Positions 11,400-23,560 of a DNA stretch of 64,000 nucleotides are shown piece by piece. Each line of letters begins with the position of its first letter. Within the stretch, counting starts at the first letter, position 1. The stretch is from Octopus sinensis (Eukaryota). A program made the translations under genes and the position numbers. Under the pieces are notes generated by a model, which saw only the letters and a program-made list of their open reading frames with translations, searched no databases and was not told the DNA's origin. Location of the stretch: contig NW_021836135.1 in NCBI RefSeq assembly GCF_006345805.1, positions 1 to 64,000 on the forward strand. The letters are read 5' to 3'.

Positions 11400-11990
11400 A
11401 GCATAATATGTAATGAAACCAGTGGTACCTGCCCTATAAACAGAAGTAAAGACTGGAACAAGACACAAAGAGTTTGTGACAAAGCAGATAGGGTGAACAC
11501 ATGGTACAAGACTCCCAAATATCAAGGAGTGATGTTTGTAGAGGCCACAGCCCATGGAGAAATACCCCGAAGATTTAGGAAAGCTCTGAAGAAGGCCAAG
11601 CTCAACATCAAGATTGTTGAAAAGCCACAGAGCTCCATCAGATCACAACTATGTAGGGCGTACCCCTTTGAGTATACCGCATGCACCAATGAGACCTGTG
11701 TAATATGTAAGATTAACCTTGGTATTAACTGTAGAACTAGAGATGTAGTCTACAGCATAAGGTGCATGTAAAGACAAGGACATGACATACATTGGTGAGA
11801 CATCTAGAAGCATTGTGAAGAGATTAAATGAACATTTGAAACAATATGACAACAAAAACAGTCCTCCATACTCAACCAACATGTCAAAGACCAACATGGA
11901 GGCACACTGGGTCGACTTGACATTCACATTTTATCCAAGCACCACATACGGGAGTATGTCCCCATAAATGAAACATCTCCAGTACTAAAT
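11400..11990 (+). mobile_element. Penelope-like element 3' part (linker plus GIY-YIG endonuclease), frameshifted
   Basis: WYKTPKYQGVMFVEAT..GEIPRRFRKAL..CTNETCVICKINLGINCRTRDVVYSIRC / TYIGETSRSIVKRLNEH, matching the VVY...YIGET-R...R..EH GIY-YIG signature. Confidence 0.85.
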
Positions 11991-12039
11991 AGGAGATATA
12001 CATAGAATATAATGATACCCCAATACCCATAGTTTATAC

Positions 12040-12480
12040 ATATACAGGTAGATTTGTTAGTAGGCTGTTACATAGATGTATATATATAAGTAGGTAAATG
12101 GATATGTAAAATAAGGAGATAGATACATAGGTAATACAAACAGACAAGCACACACACATACACAAAAGACTGAAACACATGACCTTATACAGACATGCAC
12201 ACGTCACACACACACAAGGACACATATGGAGACACACATTGATACATAACAGACACATGTACATAGTCACACAAACCCATACGTATAGACACACTGAAAC
12301 ATGCACACACATAAACACACGAATATGCAGAATAGATACATACAAACATACACACATGCACATAGATATATATATATATAATATATATATATATATATCT
12401 ATGCATACGCACACATATGCATACATACATGTATACACAAGCACACTAACACACACATGCACACAAACAAACAAAAAGAA
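12040..12480. repeat. Degenerate (CA)n/(TA)n low-complexity tract
   Basis: Runs of acac and atat; source of spurious His/Thr and Val/Cys ORFs. Confidence 0.85.
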
Positions 12481-12609
12481 CACGGCTCTGATAATGGACA
12501 GAGTCAACAACTATTGAAGGGGTTGCGAGAATTTTAAAAAAATTCATAAATGAGTGTAAATCATACCGGTGAGTGTGTTAATTAATAAGGCATTAAAACA
12601 GAATGACTC

Positions 12610-13599
12610 TCCCCAGACACAATAAAATATGCTTCAACACATGAATTCACATAAACCATCTTGAAAAACAAATATAAAAACGAAACATTTCCTTTGTTGA
12701 CGTCCAATTAATTTTGCTTTTCTCACAGTTCTGTGCTTTCTGGAAGAAAAGCCTTCACATAACTAAGATGCAATGTCAACCAAAAATTTCAAATGGAAGT
12801 AGTCCTTTTGTGGCAGAGGTATATGAATTAACTAGATATGCTGGAGATATATGGATCACCACACCTTATATCAGGACTCCAGTAGTTCCACAACTGAGAA
12901 AGCTGTTTGATACCAAACATAATGTTTATAGTAAAAAAGCTTGCATTTCTGCAGTATCAGGTGGCTGCCATAATGGATCAGGTCTAGCATGAATAAATTA
13001 TGCGTCGAGCATATTTTTTTTGTTTCTTCTGCAAGGGTTTCAAAAAAACTTTACAATAAAAATAAATAGTCTAATGGCTGAGCATCGGGAGGTAGACTGT
13101 GTAGTGGACTGGTCTTTTCTGTGAAATTAGGAACTGTGTGAGGTTGATGTAATGTTTTCAATATCATTTTTATCACTTTCATTATCAAAATTTTCCTCAT
13201 CCAATGAAGATTCATAAGTATCAATATCAGATTTGTCCAAAGACAAATCACTGTTGTTTTTGTTTATATTTTGTACATCATCAAGAATAAAATCTTCAAA
13301 GTTGGAATCGCTACTTGCTGATGCCATATCGTTAATAACTAAGATGTATACTTTTCTTCAAATGTTGAAAAAAAACAAAATGTCTCAAAAACTTCACAGT
13401 ATTTTTACGTGAATAAAGGTGGGAAAGGCTTTATCTCACATTATCTTAAAGCTATAAGAATTCAATAATATGATTTGTATATTGTTTTAGCAATTTCATA
13501 GAGGAATCAGATACAGTTGGATTTGGCTGGTTCAAACAAATAAAGAGCAATCATTTTTAGCTGGTTTTGGCTGGTCTAAGATTCTTTAACAGTAAAAGG
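12610..13599 (-). mobile_element. Internally deleted, decayed piggyBac (PGBD4-like transposase remnant)
   Basis: Minus strand: TTAA|CCTTTT end at 13600-13603; acidic N-terminus MASASSDSNFEDF..; FTEKTSPLHSLPPDAQPLDYLF; PDPLWQPPDTAEMQAF; (frameshift) INIMFGIKQLSQLWNYWSPD..DPYISSI. These are typical of the piggyBac DDE_Tnp_1_7 N-terminal region. The other end was not located. Confidence 0.75.
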
Positions 13600-14051
13600 T
13601 TAAAGAATCTTTGAAAATTTCAGACTTTAAAATGAAACTAAAAACCTACAAAACTACTTTTCTTTGAAGCTTTCTATCTATTATTTTGTAAATTTGTTAT
13701 ATGTTCTTAACTTTTTCTGATATTGTACAATACTCTGGATCACATAGATTGTTTAGCTGAGTAGTAGATGTACAAAATAAAACTTTTTTTTACAATTACC
13801 ACCACTCTTCACCATTAAACACTATATTGACAAACCTATTAAGATATCACAGTCAACAAGAACTTTTGAGAAAAGGAGCTGTAATAGCTTCTTCAAATAA
13901 CAAATGGGATAAATTTGACCACGAGTTAAATAAGCATCATACACAAAGAATTCACTTTTGTGAGAACCAAACCACAAATCTCTGCTAAAGATCTATTAAC
14001 TGCATATTTACTAAGGCATGACATAAAAAAACTGGAAAATGACATTCAGTA

Positions 14052-14470
14052 TTCTTTCTTTCATTCTTTTACTTGTTGCAGTCATTTGACTGTGGCCATG
14101 CTAGAGCACCGCCTTTAGTCAAGCAAATCGACCCCGGGACTTATTCTTTGTAAGCCCAGTACTTATTCTATCGGTCTCTTTTGCCGAACCGCTAAGTAAC
14201 GGGGATGTAAACACACCAGCATCGGTTGTCAAGCAATGCTAGGGGGACAAACACAGACACACAAACATATACACACACATACATATATTTATATATACAT
14301 ATATACGACAGGCTTCTTTCAGTTTCCATCTACCAAATCCACTCACAAGGCTTTGGTCGACCTGAGGCAATAGTAGAAGACACTTGCCCAAGTTGCCACG
14401 CAGTGGGACTGAACCCGGAACCATGTGGTTGGTTAGCAAGCTACTTACCACACAGCCACTCCTGCGCCTA
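14052..14470 (-). mobile_element. SINE family B
   Basis: Full-length reverse copy. Confidence 0.85.
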
Positions 14471-14478
14471 TTATTTAG

Positions 14479-14520
<42 letters not shown>

Positions 14521-14666
14521 GACACATACACACAGAAAACACACAAGCACACATATACATACACTAACACACATGTACACACTCACAGTTAGTTGTCTAA
14601 GAATTCTAAACCAGAAAAAGTAGGCACTGATAACAGAGTGGGTTTATTAATATCTATGCAGTGCAG

Positions 14667-14815
14667 TATTATAGATCCATTTTAGCTAATTTTATCAATA
14701 GGCATAACCATACCCTTCCTACCAGCCCATATGACGAGTGCTGGGATAAGGATTTTCGTCAAACTTTCATCATGCGCAAAACTGAACGGTAAAATCAGTT
14801 GAAATGGATCTATAT
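14667..14815. mobile_element. Small MITE-like element (~28-bp imperfect TIRs, TA-flanked)
   Basis: atagatccattttagctaattttatc pairs with ggtaaaatcagttgaaatggatctat. Confidence 0.55.
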
Positions 14816-15370
14816 TAATAGAGAGAGAGAGAGAGAGGAGACTATGATTTATATTTCTAAACCAGCATAATCATCTGTCTTGCATTCAACTGCTGAGTTT
14901 AATGCCCAGTTGCTTTCTTGTTTCAGTGTCACTTAACATATCTTGCAAGTTAACACAACATATCCAATGAATCAAACTCGATTTATTCCTCTTCAATTGC
15001 TGTAACACATCTAAATTCACTGATTCACATATTGTGAATCAGTGAATTTAGAATTTTGTACAAATGCCTAAAAGAAATATATATAAACATAGGTTTGTAT
15101 GAATTACGAGATGGATATCTGAGGTATAATGCGAGTTTTTTCAAGTGCTTATCTTATCCTAAACCACGTAAAAGAAACCATACATTTCATGGTTTGGAAA
15201 AGAAGTTAATTTTAAGTTAATAATTCCATGATGAGTTGATCAAGTAATTTTTTTAAGAGGGGAGAACCTCTGCATCCCAGACAATGTTACTTGGGTGTTT
15301 TGTTGTATTTGCAATAATGTAAATATCAAAAGCTCTTCATGAAATCAATTTATTATACAGTTGAAATATA

Positions 15371-15780
15371 CTCTCTTTACTCTTTTACTTGTTTCAGTCA
15401 TTTGACTGCGGCCATGCTGGAGCACCACCTTTTAGTCGAGCAAATCGACCTCGGGACTTATTCTTTGTAAGTCCAGTACTTATTATATCGTTCTCTTTTT
15501 GCCGAACCGCTAAGTGACGGGGACGTAAACACACCAGCATCGGTTGTCAAGCAATGCTAGGGGGACAAACACAGACATATATATATATATATACATATAT
15601 ACGACGGGCTTCTTTTCAGTTTCCGTCTACCAAATCCACTCACAAGGCATTGGTCAGCCCGGGGCTATAGCAGAAGACACTTGCCCAAGATGCCACGCAG
15701 TGGGACTGAACCCGGAACCATGTGGTTGGTTAGCAAGCTACACCACACAGCCACTCCTGCGCCTATACTCCTGCGCCTAT
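15371..15780 (-). mobile_element. SINE family B with duplicated 5' end
   Basis: Reverse copy; actcctgcgcctat occurs twice in tandem at 15753-15780. Confidence 0.85.
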
Positions 15781-16409
15781 AAAAGAAACTAAACTATAGC
15801 TGTATTGCTTTAAAAATATTTTATCTTTAAATTAGTAAACTGTACTATACTCCATGGAGAACTGTATGAGTCTGCAATCAGATTGAAGACAGGTCTGCAA
15901 GTTAGATTGATTGATAGGTTTAAGATTAGATAGAATGCCATTGAACAATTTCCTTTATTTAAGTAAAAGAAATTAAGTTGCAAGCCATTGATTTTTTTCT
16001 GCTATATTTTTTTTTCTATTTGATGTACAAGATAAAAATAAGTAACTTGTTTTTTTAATATTTAAATTTCCAGTAGTTTTACTAATTTAATATATCGAGT
16101 ATTTTTTTTTTTTTTTCATTATATTTTCCTTATTTTTTGCTTGCATCAGATCTGTTTGACATGTTAAAGTGGACAGCTGAGTTGACACAATTCCGGGCAA
16201 CTGACTGAATGTTTTCCCCCTGGCACATAACTTTAGTATGACTAAAAAACATACCTCTGAACTGTCTGGTGCACTGAGCTGCAATTCTATAGGAACAGCT
16301 CATAGATATTAAATATTTATTGAATAGGTAAACATACCTTTGGCTTTCGGTACTGATTTCAGTACTACAGTACACCCATATATTTTACTTGCTTCTCAAT
16401 TACATTGTT

Positions 16410-16795
16410 TCAGATTCATTCCCACAGTGTGACACTTTGAACAAGTGTTTTTCGTCTATAGTCCCAGGCTGACTAAAGCCTTGTGAGTGACTTTAGAAGA
16501 CAGAAACTGAAAGCAACCTACCACGCGTACACACATACGTGTATGTGTGAGTTTATGTTGGTGTTTCTTTATCTTGACATCACATGATAGTTGTAAGCAA
16601 GTGTCACTGTCACACAAATAGTATACATTATTTCCTTCCAATCCTCCATGAAAACATGTCTGGCCAAGGGGTAATGTTACCTTATCTGGAAACAGATGAG
16701 GGTTGGTGACAGAAAGAGCATTTAGCCATAAAAAATCTTCCTCAGTAAATTCAATTTTAACCTGTGCAAGCATGGAAAGTGAACATTAAAATGTC
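16410..16795 (+). mobile_element. Old hybrid SINE: family-B-like head plus RTE/C-type tail
   Basis: aagccttgtgagtga..gaaactgaaag (B body) is followed by gttggtgacagaaagagcatttagcc and tgcaagcatggaaagtgaacattaaaatg (C-type tail). Related copies at 40687-40953, 42280-42596 and 54095-54310. Confidence 0.55.
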
Positions 16796-17882
16796 CACTT
16801 CTATCATGAAGAGTTTATATAATTGTTTATATTGGTAGATATCATTTAATTTTGTACAACTTACAACAAAGGAATAATTGGTACAGCAACAAGAATTCTA
16901 CATGTTGGCATTTACTGAGTACCCTTATCAGTCCCCTAATATCACACACCACTCTTATCACTTACCTACTGCTCAAGTGCTGCTGCCATGAAAAACATAT
17001 CCAGCACACTCTTTATAGTTGTTGGTGTTAAGGAAGGGAATCCAGCCATAGAAACAAATCCAAGAACAAAATACATAAGCAGGGCATGGTCTTCTGATCC
17101 ATCTCAGCAAGCAATGTCTTCAAAGATGTGCTGACTATATCTATAGCAATCTATCCAATTCATACCATCTTGGAAAGAAGACAGATAATGATTACGACAC
17201 ATGCACACGCATGTATGTGAATGATGCAGTATGTAAATAAAGAATAATTTGCAAACTGTATGAAATGAATTTGTTTTGCAATCCCTTATCTGTTGCTGGT
17301 ATCTGTTGTTACTACAAGAGAAACTGCATTATTAATTAACTTAAGGGCTAAAAGCTATTAGGAATTTACTCAAAAGACTTACACTTTAATCTTTAGCCAT
17401 TGCCTTGAATCAAAAATCTGCAAATTGGTATTCTAGTCTGATGTGCAAACTCACTGCATTTTCTTGAGAATTGGGACATAATTATGAGTCATAGCACTTT
17501 TCACAATGACATATCTAAAACCCTCCAATTTGTCTTGTTTTTTAAGGCTGCATGTATATTTCTTGTGGCATTTGTTTCTTTCAGCATATTTTAGCTTAAT
17601 ATTGCAAAAGAGGTGTTAATTTATCTAAATAGTTTACATCTTCTCTCTCCATACCCCATGCTACTTGAAGTAACTGCAAACTAAGAATGTACAAAAAAAA
17701 TTAATTGAAATATAACACGGATAAACAAATAAAAATAACAAAAAAGGACTTAAATTTGAGATGTAGGAAATAAAATGTGATAGAGTAAAAAAAAATCTCT
17801 CCATTTTTTTTTTTGCAGAACATTCGCACACAATTATGAAACTCACTCATGCACATAGATACAAAAGTACACAAACCAAACG

Positions 17883-17925
<43 letters not shown>

Positions 17926-18009
17926 ATATGTGCGTGTGTGTGTGCTCAGCATACACATTTATTTAGATCACAAGTGAACTAAACCCCTCATTTTATATAT
18001 ATATTTATA

Positions 18010-18051
<42 letters not shown>

Positions 18052-19137
18052 TAGAGAGAGAGAGATGTGCATGTGTGTATCTATGTGTGTCGGCATGTAT
18101 ATATGTGTGTGTGTATATATATATTACACATAAGCACATGCATACACACAGAGAGGAAGAGAAGACACATGATATTAAATCTTGAACTTGTGCCAAAATG
18201 ATAGAACCAAGGGCTTTATAAAAAGAATGAAAATTCTACTGAGACAACTGTCAGAGATAATCATAAAACTCTTTTGTTCTAATAGCATTGTGGCACTGGT
18301 TTAAAATAATAGACATTCAAATTTCAATAAATTAAAAAAAAACAGTGAAGAAAAATAATAATTCAGGACTTCATTAAAATGTGACTAATTCCATAAATTT
18401 TATGTTCATGTAATTCATTTTTTCTCTTTTTTTTTTTTACATTTTCCTGAATAGAATTTTAATTTTAACTCAATTGTTTCTTATTTTAACTTTCTTTGTA
18501 TTTTGTTTTTTCACCTCTGAAGAAAATATTTGTGAATGATTAAGACTTCACTAAATGGAGAATCATGAGGAAATTGTATGAAACACTTTGTTATTATGTT
18601 TTTTTTTTCCATGTAACACTGCTATTGCTACTGCTTTATCTAATTTTACCCTTCTATCAGTGTTGACATGAAGGTTTGAAGAAATCTCTAATCATGGTTT
18701 TCCAATATGAAATTATATTACAAAATATCACTCCCTCTCTCTGACTTCTCTCATCCTTTATTTGAGAAGTTGTTTGTGAGTATCTGAAAATGTCTATTGC
18801 AGTATGTATGTCTGTATGTTTGAGAATTAGAATGAATATATACCTTATGTATCAGTAGGCGTATGTATATGTCTCTATATTGCCTATAGTGTTGTAATTT
18901 ATTTTTTAAGTCAACATAGTTGCAGGCATGCTAATGCAATACCTTCAGCAGTTTCTATTTCATGTTGTTTGTGATGTTCCTTCTCATTCCCAAGATCAAG
19001 TTACATTCTGTTTAGTTATTACTGATGCTAGGTTAGTGACTTTGCAGAAACTGATGTACCTTGTGTATTATTGCATATTAACTTCTTTCATTTTATTTGA
19101 GGAACAAACGATCAGTTAACCCAGGTATTTATTAAAT

Positions 19138-19533
19138 ACTAGCAGTATCGCCCGGCGTTGGTCGGGTTTGTAAGGGAAATAACTATATAAGCATTTTTAG
19201 AGAGTTATAGCCAAACAATAGCAAAAAATGCATAAAAAATGGAAAAAAAATGGTGAATTTTTTTAAAAATCGTTGACTCATCGTAGACATTTTTAGAGAG
19301 TTACTTCCCTTATATAATAGCGAAAAAATGCATTAAAATGGAAAAAAATGATGGTAAATTTTTCTTTAAATCGTAGACTCATCGTAGACGCATGCTAATA
19401 CCCAGAAGGGCTCGATATGAATCATGACTATAAGATACCCGGTTTTGGTTAAACTGCACCGCAAAATGTGGGAGTAGTTAGGAATCTAAATCGTAAGAAA
19501 CAGACACACAGCTTCACTTTTATATATAAAGAT
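19138..19533 (+). mobile_element. Non-autonomous Helitron/DINE-like element
   Basis: Starts ACTAGcagtatcgcccggcgttggtcggg, contains an internal ~110-bp tandem duplication, ends cagacacacagcttcacttttatatataaagat; this is the typical DINE-1/HINE-like layout. Confidence 0.65.
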
Positions 19534-19699
19534 TTCAGTGAAATCTTTGGTTAAATCAGTTAGAGTATACAATATGCAGTTAAATAATTCTAGGAGTAGA
19601 TGGGATTCTCCATAATAGTTTACAGTATGCCTGCATGTATAGAAGAACACTAGGAGTATACTTCTATAAATGTATAAAACGAGGAGTGACACAATAGTG

Positions 19700-19990
19700 T
19701 ATCAACAGGTCCATATGAATTCATAGGACATTTTGCCTCACTGACAGACAACCAGACAAAGTCTTGACAGTTGTATCTTCTTTCAAGTGTTACATTGCAC
19801 CCATACGCAAAGTACATGGCAGAGTCTACTTAGCTACAAGTATGTTTAAGGATGGTAATATAATCGACTACAGAAAACAGGGAGAAGATGTTGCGATCAA
19901 CAAGTATAGTGACAACCTTGCAATACTGAGTTCAATTCCTCGGACATGAAAAGGTGTCAATGATAGATCAACATCCTCTTCAAAGATATA
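19700..19990 (+). mobile_element. Decayed RTE LINE fragment (post-RT region)
   Basis: Translation with stops PYAKYMAEST*LQVCLRMVI*STTENREKMLRSTSIVTTLQY*VQFLGH resembles the RTE pattern ..CLRRIL.ISW....N.EVL....SI...LRWLGH. Confidence 0.4.
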
Positions 19991-20021
19991 TGATATTCTA
20001 TATATATATATATATATCTCA

Positions 20022-20271
20022 TGCCGGTGGCACATAAAAAGCACCATCCGTTCGTGGCCGTTTGCCAGCTCTGTCTGGCACCAGTGCGGGTGGCACGTAA
20101 AAAGCACCCACTACACTCACGGAGTGGTTGGCGTTAGGAAGGGCATCCAGCCGTAGAAACACTGCCAGATTTGACTGGGCCTGATGAAGCCTTCTGGCTT
20201 CACAGACCCCAGTAGAACCGTCCAACCCATGCTAGCATGGAAAACAGACGCTAAACGATGATGATGATGAT
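20022..20271 (+). mobile_element. Family C element, young subfamily
   Basis: Nearly identical to 29562-29814; flanked by (TA)n. Confidence 0.85.
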
Positions 20272-20309
20272 ATACATATATATGTATATACATACACACA
20301 CACATATAT

Positions 20310-20520
20310 ATATATATACATAGTTAATCCAAAGAGAAAACACAACAACGCGAGGACGTGGAACAAGTATAGTGTTATTGGACGCTCAGGAAAGCAGGAA
20401 AAAAAGAAAGAAGGGGGATTTAACGTTTCGAGCGGAGCTCTTCGTCAGAAATATTGGAAAAGGAAAGATCCAAAGAAGGGTAGATGGAGGAAAAAAAATC
20501 GCCAACGGTACACATGCGAT
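20310..20520 (-). mobile_element. Short Penelope pseudo-LTR-like solo element carrying a hammerhead
   Basis: Non-microsatellite island between (TA)n/(CA)n tracts that contains the canonical PLE-type hammerhead. Confidence 0.5.
20418..20452 (-). ncRNA. Minimal type I hammerhead ribozyme motif
   Basis: Minus strand: attt CTGACGA a-gag-ctccg-ctc GAA ACGT T aaat. Helix I attt/aaat, helix II gag/ctc, loopless palindromic helix III ACGT. Confidence 0.7.
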
Positions 20521-20525
20521 CACAT

Positions 20526-20558
<33 letters not shown>

Positions 20559-21133
20559 CATACATACACACACACATATATACATACATACACACATATA
20601 TACATATATATATATATATATCTTTCATATTGTCAGAACAGTGAAAACCCTAAAACATGCACTCATCTTATAAAGCTTTGTAACTCAGAACAAGCATATA
20701 CTTAAATCATTAACATGAAACTTTAGTTTTTAATAACACTAGCTTGGAGTTAAAAAGTACTACAGCTTGTTGTTTTAGGATGTAAACATGAACATATACT
20801 ACAAAGATAAATATTCATTTATGAAAACATGTATCTACTCGCAGCTAGAAATTATAAATTTTAAGGAAAAATAGATACTATATTATATAAATATGAAATT
20901 TTATACTTTGAGTCATTATAATTATGAAGGTAAAGTAGGGTATAGTAGACACAAGTACAGATGTAGCTACAATTGAAAAATGCTTGTATGAGATTAAAAG
21001 TTGCCAGACTGGGGCAGGATAAGGCTCCCTTTTATTTTTATAATATGCAAGCAGTATGTACACAGCATTGCTTGGGTAAGAATATAATCAGAAAATTATA
21101 AAGTTAGTAATAAAAATCATCAAAAATCATTAT

Positions 21134-21530
21134 ATAGGCGCAGGAGTGGCTGTGTGGTAAGTAGCTTGCTAACCAGCCACATGGTTCTGGGTTCAGTCCC
21201 ACTGCGTGGCATCTTGGGCAAGTGTCTTCTACTATAGCCCCGGGCCGACCAAAGCCTTGTGAGTGGATTTGGTAGACGGAAACTGAAAGAAGCCTGTCGT
21301 ATATGTACATATATATATATATGTATATGTGTGTGTGTGTGTGTATGTCTGTGTTTGTCCCCCTTGACAACTGATGCTGGTGTGTTTAAGTCCCCGTCAC
21401 TTAGCAAAAGAGACCGAAAGAGTAAGTACTAGGCTTACAAAGAATAAATCCCGGGGTCGATTTGCTCGACTAAAGGCGGTGCCCCAGCATGGCCGCAGTC
21501 AAATGACTGAAACAAGTAAAAGAATATAAG
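21134..21530 (+). mobile_element. SINE family B
   Basis: Full-length copy beginning ataggcgcaggagtggctgtgtgg. Confidence 0.85.
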
Positions 21531-22869
21531 AAAAAGAAAAGAAAAGAATAAAGTTAATTTATAAAGTAGGTTCACTATGCTCTTCATTTATGCTTGTATT
21601 GGAATATATATTGGAAAATAAAAGGTTAAGACGGAAAATTATAATAAAATAACAAAGGTAGAGAAATGTGTAACCTGTGAATAAAATATGAAATTCTTTG
21701 CCCACACAACAGGTGTATCAATTTGTAGGGTCACCATACAAATCAGAGTAGCATGAATGGTTGCATGTATGTATAACTATAGCTACAAATTTCATTGTAT
21801 TTAAACATTTTTAATTAGTTACATTTTGGGATTTTAAATTTTTTAACACTTGGACAAAAAACTTGATTTCAAACATAGTTAGTTTATCTCTTGCAGTCAG
21901 TGGACAAACAATGTCTGGTTGAAGCCATTCAAACTCTCCTTATTCTATGAAAACAATAAAAAATGCATGTTATAACTCTAATTTATCTCTTCTTGAAAAT
22001 GGCATTAAGTAAGCACTCTAATTTATTATCTTTGGTAATGCCAATATCTGGAAAATATTCCTCTATTTAAGAAAACTATCTTAGTGCCTGGTCACAGATA
22101 TTTAAGACTCATGGACAATCCAGATTAGTATAGCCTTCCCTGTACAAACTAAAAGATTTGAATGTTGATGTGAAAATTATAGGTTATTTGCAAGACAAAT
22201 ATTTAGCTAGAAGCCTTACAAATTTTTAATCAAGTTTGGAATATTTTTGCAAGCCAGGTAAAATATCTATAAAAGTTTGTGTTGCTACTGAATTTCAAAA
22301 TTAACATTCAAAGAATGGTATTATATGGTATCAGCTTAAATAATTTTCAAACAACAAGGAATTTGTAATGAAATAATGCATTTTAATAATGTAATATTCA
22401 ACATTTTCTGTAAAGATGTATAAAAATTTATATTGAATCTGAATCAGTTTTTGAAAGCCAGATAAAATCTATCAGTTTGTACAATAACTTCACAATATTT
22501 TTGCTTAATATTTCAATGCGCAATTTATTTTTCACTTCACCTGAAGATGCCACAAGCATTTCTTTTGAATAAACTGTTAACCATTAAGCTTTCAATTTAA
22601 GAAGAAAAAAAATTTTAAATGGTGTTAACTATTTTATTTCAAAAGGAATGAATTTAAATTAATCGTACATGAAATTACAATCGTTCTTATTTTAGTGGAT
22701 GTATATTTCCAGTTTCAGAATATATACATATAATTTAAAAGAAAATAATCAGCATGATGGAGAAATGACTGCTGAAGGCTTTATACTCAAATGTATAGAC
22801 TTGAACAAGTTTATTCTAAAACCAATACCTTTCTTTAATTTAAAAAAATATATTTTACGACGACAAATA

Positions 22870-23088
22870 ATAATCCTTTCTACTATAGGCAAAAGGCCTG
22901 AAATTTTTGAGGAAAGGGGAAAGTCTTTAGGTCGGCCCCAGTACCTGACTGGTATTTAATTTATCGACCTCAAAAGATGGAAAGCAAAATTGACCTCGGT
23001 AGAATTTGAACTCACAATGTAAAGACAGATGAAATGCTGCTAAGCATTTTGCCTGGCATGCTAACGATTCTGCCAGCTCACCACCTTA
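22870..23088 (-). mobile_element. SINE family A, type-2 tail, in (AAT)n
   Basis: Reverse copy with tail ggccttttgcctatagtagaaaggattatt. Confidence 0.75.
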
Positions 23089-23097
23089 ATAATAATA

Positions 23098-23156
<59 letters not shown>

Positions 23157-23289
23157 AATAACAACAACAAAGGATTTAAAGCACTTGAAAGATTATTGAA
23201 AGCTTTGGATACTTAAGGTTACAGGTAGTAACCTGCAACCCACATAAATTCTACCAGGAATAAGAATGAGCCTGAGTCAAATCACCAAC

Positions 23290-23490
23290 AATAATAGTAA
23301 TCTTTTCTACTAGAGGCACAAAACCTAAAATTTGATGGGAGTGATTTGTTGATTTCATCCACTCTAGGACTCGACTGGTATTTATTTTATTGACCTCAAA
23401 AGGATGGAGGGCAAAGTCAATCACAGTGGCATTTAAACTGCATTGCAGCATTTTGTCTGGTGTGCTAACAATTCTGCCAGCTTGCCACTT
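23290..23490 (-). mobile_element. SINE family A, type-2, decayed
   Basis: Homologous to 22870-23088. Confidence 0.65.
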
Positions 23491-23560
23491 AATTCATAAC
23501 AACAACAACAGTAATAATAATAATAAAAATAATAATAATAATAATTATTATTATTATTAT

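Noticed and set aside
12034-12517. Long Cys/Val-rich and His/Thr-rich ORFs (also near 20400, 25200, 31000, 48700, 59200)
   Set aside because: Translations of (CA)n/(TA)n microsatellites.
13051-13327. Acidic ORFs as a host gene
   Set aside because: Better explained as the frameshifted N-terminus of a piggyBac transposase.
20168-20210. CTGATGA-agcc-ttct-ggct in the young family C subfamily as a hammerhead
   Set aside because: The hairpin is followed by TCACA rather than GAAA, and no helix III or UH site is present.
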